Assembly (NCBI RefSeq): GCF_000400465.1
Contig: NW_008806279.1
Location: 326,107-358,106 of the forward strand
Reading direction: 5' to 3'
Length of the DNA: 32,000 nucleotides
Source of the DNA: Wallemia ichthyophaga EXF-994
Taxonomy: Eukaryota > Fungi > Basidiomycota
Under the pieces are notes generated by a model that saw only the letters and a list, made by a program, of their open reading frames with translations, had not been told where the DNA came from and ran no database searches. Below are positions 22,095 through 32,000 of the stretch, piece by piece (position 1 is the first letter of the stretch; each line of letters opens with the position of its first letter). The position numbers and the translations under genes were made by a program.

Positions 22095-22147
22095 ACTTTA
22101 TTACACTTGGTGGCAAGGACGCAAAGAAACGTAAGTCCAATTCAGCG

Positions 22148-22156
22148 AAACCCTAA
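22148..22156. promoter_or_regulatory. Telo-box-like element AAACCCTAA upstream of RPL10
   Basis: Exact AAACCCTAA about 55 bp upstream of the RPL10 start. Function is inferred only from analogy to telo-box/Tbf1 sites. Confidence 0.4.
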
Positions 22157-22523
22157 GATGAACTTCGATTTGGGTGAAATTTAAAATCGACCGAGAAAAG
22201 AAAAAATGAAGGAGCGCAGATTTTATAGTGGGCGAGGTGAAGTTTTGACGAAGAGAATATTCTAGAAAATTCTAAACCAAACAAGATTATTTTAGTTTAG
22301 AAGGAAAACAAGTATTAATGCGGTATGTAGATATTACACAGATTTACACCGGTTTACATCTTTGTTCGACTCCTGGGAATAAATGGGGCTGACGAGGAGA
22401 AACGGGTCGGATGACGACAAGGCGCAGCCACAAGTACTTAAATAAGAGGTTAATTGTACAGAAAAGCCAGTTTGTTGTCTAAGATCACTATAACGGATGG
22501 CTTGAAACGCTCAATTCGAAGAA

Positions 22524-23086
22524 ATGCTCGCTATGATGAACAGGGAGCGTGATAAGGAGAATAAGAAGCTGCTTTACACCGAAAACATAGCTGAGATCAG
22601 CAAAAAGACCAAAAACGCACTAAAAAAATACAAGGAAAAGACAGAAACTGTCATTAAGACCGAGTGGGGATTTTTCGTCAATCCTAACCAGCGCGAGGAC
22701 GATGCCATGCTCTTGGCATCAGTAAAACATATCTCTAAAAACGAAGCTTTAATGCTTATCTGTTCGCGTCCCAACTTCCTCAACCCGCGTCAAGTACGTC
22801 GCGTCATTAGATTGCAATGTCTGACATATGGCATTTGACCTCTGCTCTTTCCGAGGGATTAGAGAAGGCGAAAACTCACTACGATGGAATGGACTACTTC
22901 AACACGAGTATCGAAGGTGCGGCGACTTATAAGAAAAGCCTTGACAATCTTCAACTCCAACACGATCGCCGCAAGACCGTCGCCGCTAAAGCAGCCGCAG
23001 CAGCTGATAAGAGAAAGGCCAAAGCAGGAAGCGATAAGCCCAATATTACCTATCGCACTCTTTATAACAAGAAAAGGAATATGTGA
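22524..23086 (+). other. Two overlapping orphan ORFs (104 aa and 89 aa), Lys/Ala-rich; broken gene or unannotated spliced gene
   Basis: Protein-like composition and a possible GTACGT donor at about 22794, but the only phase-compatible acceptor is a weak GAG. No family recognised. Confidence 0.3.
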
Positions 23087-23548
23087 AGCTTTGTACTGAC
23101 TCGTATTGCTTGTAATATCACATATGTTGTAACACATTTGTAATATCCATTTTTCAATTGATATCATTCATTTCTTTAACTGTATCACCTTGCAGCTATC
23201 ACCTTCCCTGTTGAGCCACTTACTCTGCTCGTAAGGATCCGGAGATTTCAATTAAGTAGAATTGATCGACAAGACAATCAATGTTAAGAGAAGCGCGGCA
23301 GGAAAAGATGCTTGCCTTACAGCATTCTGCGTTTCGATTTCTCTTTCCCCAATTCATATCGACTAGAAACCCACACAAGCCATCACTGATAAAATAACGA
23401 TTGCAATCGCTCAGGCACAAACAAATCTCTTTAACAATTAACCTGTCTTGTCATGAAGTGAGATTAAAGGCTTGTATCTTTGGGGATGATTCATTACAAA
23501 GCTCTATAGAAGATAAAAGTAAAGATTATCATTTAACTTTAACTTGAT

Positions 23549-25205
23549 AACCTTGATAAAGCGGAGGGCAGCATCGATGATGGGATCTTTACTAAACCTA
23601 AAGCAGCGCGTGGATTGCAGTTTGGTGGTGCAACTATCGCGGATGAATATTGCAAAGTTTTGGGAAGGATGGCGGTCTGGCTAGACGCCTCCAGCCTGTG
23701 CAATATTCGAATAACTTAGCCTTGTAGTTACCCTCTCCCCATACTCAGAGGCTTGAAGATTCGGTACGAGACTCATCATGGTGTCACAATTAGCGACGAT
23801 GCTCTCTTAGTCGCTGCTAAACATAAAGATAGATATATTAGCGATCACTTTCTGCCAGATAAAGCTATCGATCCTGTAGACGAAGCTTCGTCCACCCTCA
23901 AATTAGCACAGGAAAGCAAACTAGAGTCATTGGCCAAGCTAGACTGAAACATTCTCGAGATACAACAGCGCAGACTTCTATCATCTTGGTAAATACACCA
24001 ACTCGTACGGTATATTAAATTACAATTCTTACAATGTCTAAAAAGGCGCAGAGATACGCTATAAAAGCTCGTCAACGAATACAAAGACGAGCCAGAGAGA
24101 CTGACCAAAGTTTGAAATGAAGGGAGAGTCAAGATTTCTGACGCCAAGGTCGCTAAAGAGGAGCTCGAAAGAGCGTACAATGACTGGGAATTTCACAAAA
24201 ACTTGGTGATTTCGAGGGGCGTTGAAACTGCGCTAGAAAAGTATACCCATCGCTTCAACGTGATATTAAAGTAGCGGGGAAGCAGCTAAAGAAGGGATGA
24301 CACAGCAAGAGTCGTTTCCTGGATGACTGGCATACCAATCAACAACCTCATATAAGGCGAGATTGAGAAATTGCTTCACGTGCATGTCTTGCTTTTCGCT
24401 GTTTTCTTTACACTAATAACCACACGCAGCTCGAAAACAAATCGATTGAGAGGACTATTGGACAGGCCCGCATAGATACAAGTGCAAATGCCGTCCAAAT
24501 GTCACCAGCTGGTTTGCAATCAGACAATAGATCCGTTGCGTCATCTCTCTTCCTCGGCCCAAAAAGCACCTGCAAGACAGAGCTATCGAGAAAGCTATCC
24601 GGGGCATTGTTAAATGATCAGAAACAAGCTTTGATCAACATCAACATGTCGGAATATCAAGAAAAGCATACAGTATCGCCTTTGGTCGGTGCAACTCCTA
24701 GATATGTAGGGTACGAGGAATCAGGACAGTTATCAGAAGTGATGAGACGTCGACCATACTCAGTCGTACTGCTTGATTAGTTTGGGAAGGTACATCAAGA
24801 TATATCCAAAATCGTGCTACAAATGCTCGATGAATGCACCTTGACAGATAGCCAAGTTCAAGCCTAAATTTAGGAAACAAATATTACAGCCATCTCTAAC
24901 CTCGGCTCTTGAGAGTATCTCAGAACCGAGAGTCCAGATGAGAATGTTATCCAGGAAGCTACCAAAGAGGTGTTAGAACGGGCTGAGAGAATGTACTCTC
25001 CGGAGCTTTTCAATCGACTTGATCATATGTTGTTTTTCAACAAACTCAACCACAGGTCTATCAGACATGCTAGATTGCGTATCAGTTAAGTCGATAAGAT
25101 GCTAGGGGAGAAGCAGATGCGTTTAAATGTGAGGTATGAGAGTTTCGAACATTTGGCATTGGAAACTCACCAGCATACGGCGCTAGAGCTATTTGGGAAC
25201 TGTAG
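23549..25205 (+). pseudogene. HSP78: HSP78 (mitochondrial ClpB/Hsp100) pseudogene, 5'-truncated
   Basis: Colinear ClpB motifs [108 protein letters not shown] and YGARAI, with several stops and frameshifts. An intron is retained at 24380-24429. Confidence 0.9.
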
Positions 25206-25206
25206 G

Positions 25207-25770
25207 GACTGTTTGAGCGACTTCCACTTGATGTGTGCTAATGCTAATACATACAACGAACCGAGATCATGGGTTGCAGAAGATGCAGATAAATTACAAG
25301 CGGGAATGGATCAGGCGTGGAACGAGGGTTAAAACACAGGCGTACCTGAATCGGAGATGCCAGCTGAGGCATTAGAGCCAGTACAGGCAGCACAGATGTT
25401 GGGTGCTGCAGCGCAGAATGCAGTGCCAATCTAACAGCAACAAGCAGCGCTACCACCTCTTCAAACACAAGCTTTGATGGAGACAAAACCACAACCACAG
25501 CCTCAATAAATGATTGGCGCGTATCTTGAGCAAAATCAGGGGCAAGTGCCTAATGCTGGTATGCGGCATGCAATGTTCCAGGCACCAGCTGGATGTGGAG
25601 GCGTCGATGCGGGCGCATTTATCGCAGATCCTAGAACAATCAACAACAAGCGTTTTATCAGCAGCAGCAACAGCAAGTGTTATAAGAGTAAGAATGAGAG
25701 CAAGTGCATTAAACAGAATTGGTCAAAGCACATAAAAATTGGTCACAAATAGGGCTGGTAAACTTGTGAA
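25207..25770 (+). pseudogene. Decayed fragment: C-terminal half of a bromodomain plus Gln-rich tail (SNF2/STH1- or polybromo-like donor)
   Basis: DCLSDFHLMCANANTYNEPRSWVAEDADKLQ matches the bromodomain helix B-loop-helix C pattern (F.LM..NA.TYN..S.V..DA). It is followed by a Q/A/P-rich frame broken by TAA codons. Confidence 0.65.
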
Positions 25771-26251
25771 GCTTGAATCGAAGCAAGTAAAAATTATCAA
25801 AATTAGTAGTTTAGGGGGAAATTGGAGTATAAAACCGTAGTATTTGGTTAATTGTATTATCTTTATTCATTTTCCTAGTTTGCAAAATATGATTTGCTGA
25901 CGAATACCACCTACCTGTACACGCCAGGCTGCTGAGGTGAGCTCGAGGTGGAGAGGAATGAGTAAAAGGGATTTTATATAGCTTTTATAGCTTTAAATCT
26001 GGGTATACATAGCAATTATGCATATATCATCCACACATCACACAGCACTCAACTCAATGTGATGTTATCAACTCGAAACCCATCAAATAAAATTTAAGCT
26101 TTTATTTAAAAATAATTATAATACTACAAATATACTATCTCATACATTTACACATTCCCTCGAAAAACCCCGCTGAATTTTTTTAAATTGATCGTTGCGT
26201 TCAACTCGTCGCCTTCTTCAAACTTTCCTCTAGGTCTCTCAGGTTACGGTA

Positions 26252-27012
26252 ATGGGTTAGAAACTAATTTACATTCAAGTGCACGTTATCTTACTCTTTT
26301 ATAGGTTTTCGCCACAACAACGTTCTTCACCGTTAGTCTAATCCAATTCCCACTCCAACTCAAACTTACTCTCCCTAGGCAACCACTTCAAGAAGGATTG
26401 GCAATCAAGAATCAAGACTTGGTTCAACCAACCTGGTAAGAAGAAGAGCCGTCGCGTTGCTCGTTCAAACAAGGCCGCTGCTCTCGGTGTGAGACCATTG
26501 GAAAACCTTCGCCCAGCTGTTCGTTGCCCAACCGTCCGTTACAACCGTAAGCTTCGCGCTGGTAAGGGCTTCTCTTTGGCTGAGTTGAAGGCTGCTGGTA
26601 TCCGCCGTAAGGAGGCTCTCTCAATCGGTATTCCAGTTGACCACCGTCGTCGTAACCTCTCCGAGGAGGGTCTCAAGTTAAACGTCGACCGTCTTCAAGC
26701 ATACAAGGCTCGTTTGATTGTCTTCCCACGCAACTCCAAGAAGCCAGCCAAGACTGACTCCAAGGACTTATCTGGTGAAACTGCACGTGACGTTCAAGCC
26801 GTTGTACCAATTCCAGCAGGAACTGTACCAGAAGGTCCAAGAAAGATCTCTGATGGTGAGCGTGAAGCTAAGGCATACCGTACCCTTCGTGAAGAGCGTG
26901 CAAACGCACGTCACGATGGTGCACGTAAGGTACGCGCAGCTAAGAAGGCCGAAGAAGAGGAAGCAAAGTGAGTAGATGTTGATGTTGATAATTAACTACT
27001 AACACAAGATAA
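26252..27012 (+). CDS. RPL13: 60S ribosomal protein L13 (eL13), 4 exons
   Basis: M|GFRHNNVLH|RNHFKKDWQSRIKTWFNQPGKKKSRR...RPAVRCPTVRYNRKLRAGKGFSLAELKAAGI...VDHRRRNLSEEGL. A terminal intron at 26968-27008 is predicted. Confidence 0.97.
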
Positions 27013-27187
27013 TAGGAAGAAGTAAAAAGGTAACTCATTTGCTTCAAATTCGGTTGTACGCATATAAAAATATTCAGATGAGAATAACTAAACGACTGTG
27101 TCTGTGTTTTTGAGTTTGACTTGAAGTTGAATTAATAAAATTTTATATTCATCCAATAAGTTGAATAAAGGCACTTAATAAAAGTCG

Positions 27188-28233
27188 ATGATGTCTGGTG
27201 ATGTGGACAAAGGTGTGGATAGGAAAGGGATAGAAGATGAGATTAAGCATTTGGTGAGTTTTCGAATACGTTTGGATGTACTCTCTAATAATCATAACAG
27301 ACAAATGAATTAAATGAATCAAAAGATAACAACTCGCAATTGAGTGATGATCTCAAAGTCGCTAGATCTAATTTAACTCTTTCTGAAGCTAATTTTGAAA
27401 TGCTTGAACAAGTTATTCATAATGGTACTCGATTCGCTGGTAGTAATTCATCTACCTCATCTGACTCCATTCAACTTAACATACTCGATCAACTCAAAAA
27501 GTTGAAGTCTCAGAATGTTATTCTCTCCCAAGAGAAATCTCAACTTGAGGAGGAATTTGAATCTCTATCTCAAGCTTTATTCGAAGAAGCTAATAATATG
27601 GTCGCTGAGGCTAGGAAATCTAAATCTCAGATTGAAAATTACAATAACAACTTGGTTGAAGAAAACAAATCTCTCAAATCTATAATAAAATCCTTACAAT
27701 CTGATCAGAGTAAGCGAACCTCCCTTTCCCTGCCAATGACTATACCACCACCACCTAAACCTCCCAATATTTCATCTTCTTCCTCTACTACTTCAATTCA
27801 GACGCGTTCTTCCTTAAAAAATATTAACTTGAAAGACGATGACTTTGACGATGATCTACAGCAATCTGCTCCTATCGTTCGACCATCGAGTGAGAAGAAA
27901 CCAATCAATTCTATTCCTATACCCAATCAATCTCCTCCAACTTCCCGTTTAAATCGAGTCAGACAATCTTGGTTTAGTAAATTCAATAAAGCCAACAAAG
28001 TTGATGATCCTTTTGATCTAAATGAAGGTTATGGCGCTTTGATGTCTTTGAACGTTGACGGAGAAGAAGATAATGATGATAAAGAAGTCTTAATGGATAA
28101 TCTTTCGAATCAAGATGATAAAGCTGCTCATCTTCCAAAGAGTCCCTCATTTCCCACTTTATCTCCTTCGAATGTAATGTCCGGAAGGACATCTTCATTC
28201 CCATCTATACCACAACTAAAATCGTTTAAATAG
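27188..28233 (+). CDS. Sec2-type coiled-coil (Rab GEF domain) protein, 2 exons
   Basis: LEEEFESLSQALFEEANNMVAEARK is the Sec2p/Rabin8 GEF coiled-coil signature. The rest is low-complexity Ser/Pro/Asp. One intron follows 27253. Confidence 0.7.
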
Positions 28234-28247
28234 TCTATCAATACAAT

Positions 28248-29213
28248 TTATTCATCTGAAAAATTTCGCAAATGCTTTTTGGCATACTCATAACACCCAA
28301 GTTCTAACCCTGCTCCAATCCCAGCAACAGAAATCCTTAGCCAAGCTGATTTGAATAGAAATTTGAAACCCTGAGTCCTTGAAATGCTCAGTCCTACCTT
28401 CATCAAATTGGATTTATCATGGCTGTCCACTTGATTTAACATTATACGCGTTTTAATTACATCTAATGGCGTAGTTATTAATGCTAAGGGTATGGCAGAT
28501 AGTCCACCTGATACTAATGCTGCATTTGGTTTTGATATTTGATACCTATTTTCTAGATTAAGTTTGAGGTTTTCATATAACGGGAAATATGCCGCCGTTA
28601 TAGGTAGATTTCTAATAACAACAGCTTTATAACCATACTTGACATCTGTCCATGCTGATGGAGATTTAAAGAATGACGTTGCTATGCTTAGTGAAGATTT
28701 TTGATTAGATTCAATCTGAGCTCTTTGTTTAATGGTATCTGCGGGTGCAATAGCTATAGAAGCGATCAATTCTGCTAAACAAGATGAAGTTAGTTGAGTA
28801 AAAGGTTGATTAAACAAATGCGACAATTCCCATTTTGCGTTCTCGTAAGCAACAAAGAATAGAGCGGATGCAGGTATTGTTGTTATTATAACACTACCAA
28901 CTCCATTATACAGCCCCTTAAAATTCAAAGTTCTGATAAAACTTCTCGAAGACGAGGTCGACGATGATGCCTGCATTCTAAGTGTTGAAAGTAAGTCGAG
29001 TGAGCCTAAGTCAGAGTAATACAATTAACCTTGTTTTAATCGTATCGGAAGGATCTTTATTTTGTTAGATTTTACCAGTAGTCATTCTATCATGCATACA
29101 GAAGAGTACATCAACGAAAAATGCAGCAATAGCGCCTGCCTTTTTTTAGATGTAAAATAATGAAGAGAAATTTACGAGAATCTTACCACTGCGATCTCCG
29201 AGCTTTGATCCAT
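28248..29213 (-). CDS. PET8: Mitochondrial carrier, S-adenosylmethionine carrier-like, 4 exons
   Basis: MDQSSEIAV|AGAIAAFFVDVLF|YPSDTIKTR|MQA. Three carrier motifs (PSDTIKTR, PADTIKQR, PLDVIKTRIML) plus KGLYNGVGS and YFPLYE. Family certain, substrate inferred. Confidence 0.75.
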
Positions 29214-29220
29214 CTCGTAA

Positions 29221-31464
29221 ATGTTGTCAACGATGATGGCGAGCTTGGCTGGGATACTTTTGATAATAATTTTATTTCTTTGGAGCTATAGACTACTTTT
29301 TAAAAAGTCAAAAGTCGTTTCAATAAGTTATCCAAAACCAATTGTTAGTTTTCTTGTATGATTTGATTATCTCTCTTATCTTTCATAGCAAGCAAATGCT
29401 AATTGGGTTGGTAAAACTATTGATAAGCCTTCCTTAATTTCACATAAATCTGATCCTTCCCTCTTTCCTCAAGGCGCTGATCGACTCGGAGATCACATAA
29501 CCTGCTATGATCCTTCCACCGCACAATTCATCGATTTAATCAAATCTGATAATGCCTCTGATATCAATGCGAAAATCAGTTTAGCTAAATCCTGTCAAAA
29601 TAGTTGGTCAGCTTCATCCTGGTCACGCAGATTCAATGTTCTAAACACTCTTTTGGACTGGTTGACACGCGATATCGACAATTTAGTTGATGTTGCTTGC
29701 AGGGATACTGGTAAAACTAGTCCGTCCTTATTAATTCCTAAAGTATCATCGTAACTAACCCCATCCAGAAATCGATGCTGCTTTCGGTGAAATCTTGACA
29801 ACCGCAGAGAAGATCAAATGGTCTTTAAAAAACGCTAAATCTATATTGTCCCCTCAGTCCAGGCCGACTAATCTGTTACTCGCTCACAAGTCCTCAAAGG
29901 TACTTATCTTATCATCTGAATCTACTCACACTCAGTTCAAACTAATAGATCTACTATGAACCTTTAGGTCTCACCTTGGCTTCTGTTTCCTGGAATTAGT
30001 ACGTTTACTTTGTGCTTTTCACTTTACAGAAACTGATTCATATCATTCTAGTCCGGCTCACAATTCACTGTCACCAATTATTTCATCTTTAGTTACAGGT
30101 AATGCTTGTATCGTCAAAGCTTCGGAATTTGTTGCGTGGTCCTCCAATTGGTTTGTTGGAGCTGTCAAGGAAGCCTTAAGAGTGAATGGTGAAGATCCAA
30201 ATCTGGTTCAGGTATGTTATTTTAACCTGTTGACCTTCTTTGCCTAAAACATCTCTTTAGCTCGTTGTATGTTACCCAGATATCGTTGAAACACTGACAA
30301 CTTCACGTGATATCGATCATATTACCTTCATTGGCTCAGAGCTTGTGGGTAAAAAGGTTGCTTCAGCCGCTTCTGTAAATCTCAAGCCCTGTTGCATTGA
30401 ATTGGGCGGAAAAGATGCTGCCGTAATTTTAAAATCCACTGATTTGCACTTTTTCGAATCAACCTTTTTGAGAGCTACGTTTCAAGCAGCTGGTCAGAAT
30501 TGCATTGGTATGCCAATTCGTTGTCAAATCTTTCAAACCATCTTAGTCTCATTCATAGGTATTGAAAGGTTCATTGTTCACAATGACATCTACGATCAAT
30601 TTGTCAGTAGAATGCACGACCGTATCAAAGATTTGCGTCTCGGAACGTCATCTGGCAGTAATACTTGCGTCGACGTTGGTGCAATGATATCCAATACACG
30701 ATTTCAGCAGCTGGAAGGCCTGATAAATGATGCCGTTAAATTGGGTGCAAAGGTTTTGCATGGCGGTAAAAGGTACACTCATCCAGAATATCCGAATGGT
30801 CACTACTTTGAACCGTGGGTTCAATTACATCTTTTTTATTACTAAACTAAAAATTATCATAGTACATTGCTAGTCGACGTCACCTCTGAAATGGAGATAT
30901 TCCATCAAGAATGTAGGTTGATTAAGGCACTTGTTCTAATCCCTAAATACGTTATAGTGTTCGCTCCTGTTATGACAGTTATAAAAGCCTCATCAACTAA
31001 GGACGCCATCCATTTAGCAAATAATACAAGATTTGGACTTGGTGGTGCAGTTTTCGGCAACGATCAAGCAGAGTGTTCCTTAGTTGCTCATAATATGAAA
31101 TGCGGTATGGTCAGGTAAGATTCTGCCCAACAGAGCGTTATGATTGTCTCATTACCTTATCAGCCTGAATGACTTTGGCGTCTTTTATCTGAATCAATCT
31201 ATGCCATTTGGAGGGGTTAAATCAAGCGGATATGGAAGATTTGGTGGGTGTGAAGGATTATACGGCTTGTGCAATCCGAAAGCTGTTATTGAAGACAGGT
31301 TCTTCTCATTGATAAGAACTCCGATACCTAAGCCTTTGGACTATCCAGTCAAATCTACAACCGCATCATGGCATTTTGTGAAAGGACTAATTTTACTCGT
31401 TTACGCCGAAACTCTAGCTGACAAAGTTACCGGTCTAATGAATTTGTTGAAAAATTCCTTTTAA
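29221..31464 (+). CDS. MSC7: Membrane-anchored aldehyde dehydrogenase, Msc7-like, multi-exon
   Basis: N-terminal TM anchor, ITCYDPSTAQ, SWNYPAHN, VKASEFVAWS, ITFIGS, catalytic IELGGKD (Glu) and AAGQNCIG (Cys), FAPVM and PFGGVKSSGYGRFGG. Confidence 0.88.
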
Positions 31465-32000
31465 TACTATCAACAATTTATACTCTTCAGTAAAATTTAT
31501 GGGTTGTAAGTGTTATTCACTGCGTGAAGATTCGAAGACCCCTTCAAAGTAAATAGAATCGACATAGATAAGTGTAACCACAGAATATTTAAATACAATG
31601 TACACTTTAAGACTTTAAATATGCGGATTTATATTGCGATGAATTTGATCGGCAGTACTCTAAACAAACATTCAAGTCTATAAGTGAGCTGGTGTGGATC
31701 CACGAAGAAATTTTATAGATAAGAAATATAATTGCAGCGGTCTCAATCTGAAATGAAACCAGCATATTATGTGCGTTTATAGGAGAAAAGAAGTAAATAT
31801 ACTACGTGACGAATGAAAAGTGATAACGTGGAATTATGATTAGTAGCGGCAAAGATGAATCGGCTAGCAGCCGATAAGTGACGGAAAAACAGCGGCCGGA
31901 AAAATATTCTTCAAACGACGACGATAGAATAAAGCAGCCTCACTTTGGACTCGTGATGTCATCTTAAAAACTCTGACGAGTGGCTGGAAGTGGGAACCGA

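Noticed and set aside
25330-25712. TAA read as Gln (alternative genetic code)
   Set aside because: Intact genes in the window (RPL10, 6PGL, MSC7) use TAA as a normal stop, and the region also carries frameshifts.
25860-25885. CTAG followed by T as a possible Helitron 3' end of the island
   Set aside because: No GC-rich subterminal hairpin upstream and no matching 5' TC boundary could be defined.
1-32000. tRNA, rRNA, CRISPR arrays, intact transposons, inteins
   Set aside because: None seen on reading: no cloverleaf, repeat-spacer array, transposase/RT motif or intein-sized insertion in conserved proteins.

Overview
Gene-dense fungal DNA with very short (about 41-52 nt) GT-AG introns, basidiomycete-type proteins and an acidic class I hydrophobin. 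A Wallemia-like compact genome is the best guess (inference, not verified). About 20 intact genes could be assembled by hand: RraA-like aldolase, PalI/SUR7-like protein, Pmp3-domain protein, a large uncharacterised protein, OCT1/MIP1, OM14-like protein, ZIP transporter, hydrophobin, O-fucosyltransferase-like protein, 6-phosphogluconolactonase, a small orphan membrane protein, a CECR5-type HAD hydrolase, LAP3, RPL10, RPL13, a Sec2-domain protein, a PET8-like carrier and an MSC7-like aldehyde dehydrogenase. Most notable observations: (1) a ~4 kb island of decayed gene fragments between divergent RPL10 and RPL13, in which an intron-retaining HSP78 pseudogene runs directly into a bromodomain plus Gln-rich fragment of another gene; (2) a candidate H/ACA snoRNA with its own TTAGGG/poly(dT)/TATA promoter; (3) two genes whose ATG is split by an intron (A|TG); (4) head-to-head genes with start codons 7 bp and 52 bp apart; (5) 5-nt and 8-nt micro-exons carrying key residues, one flanked by near-identical twin introns. 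Exon boundaries are manual reconstructions without transcript data.
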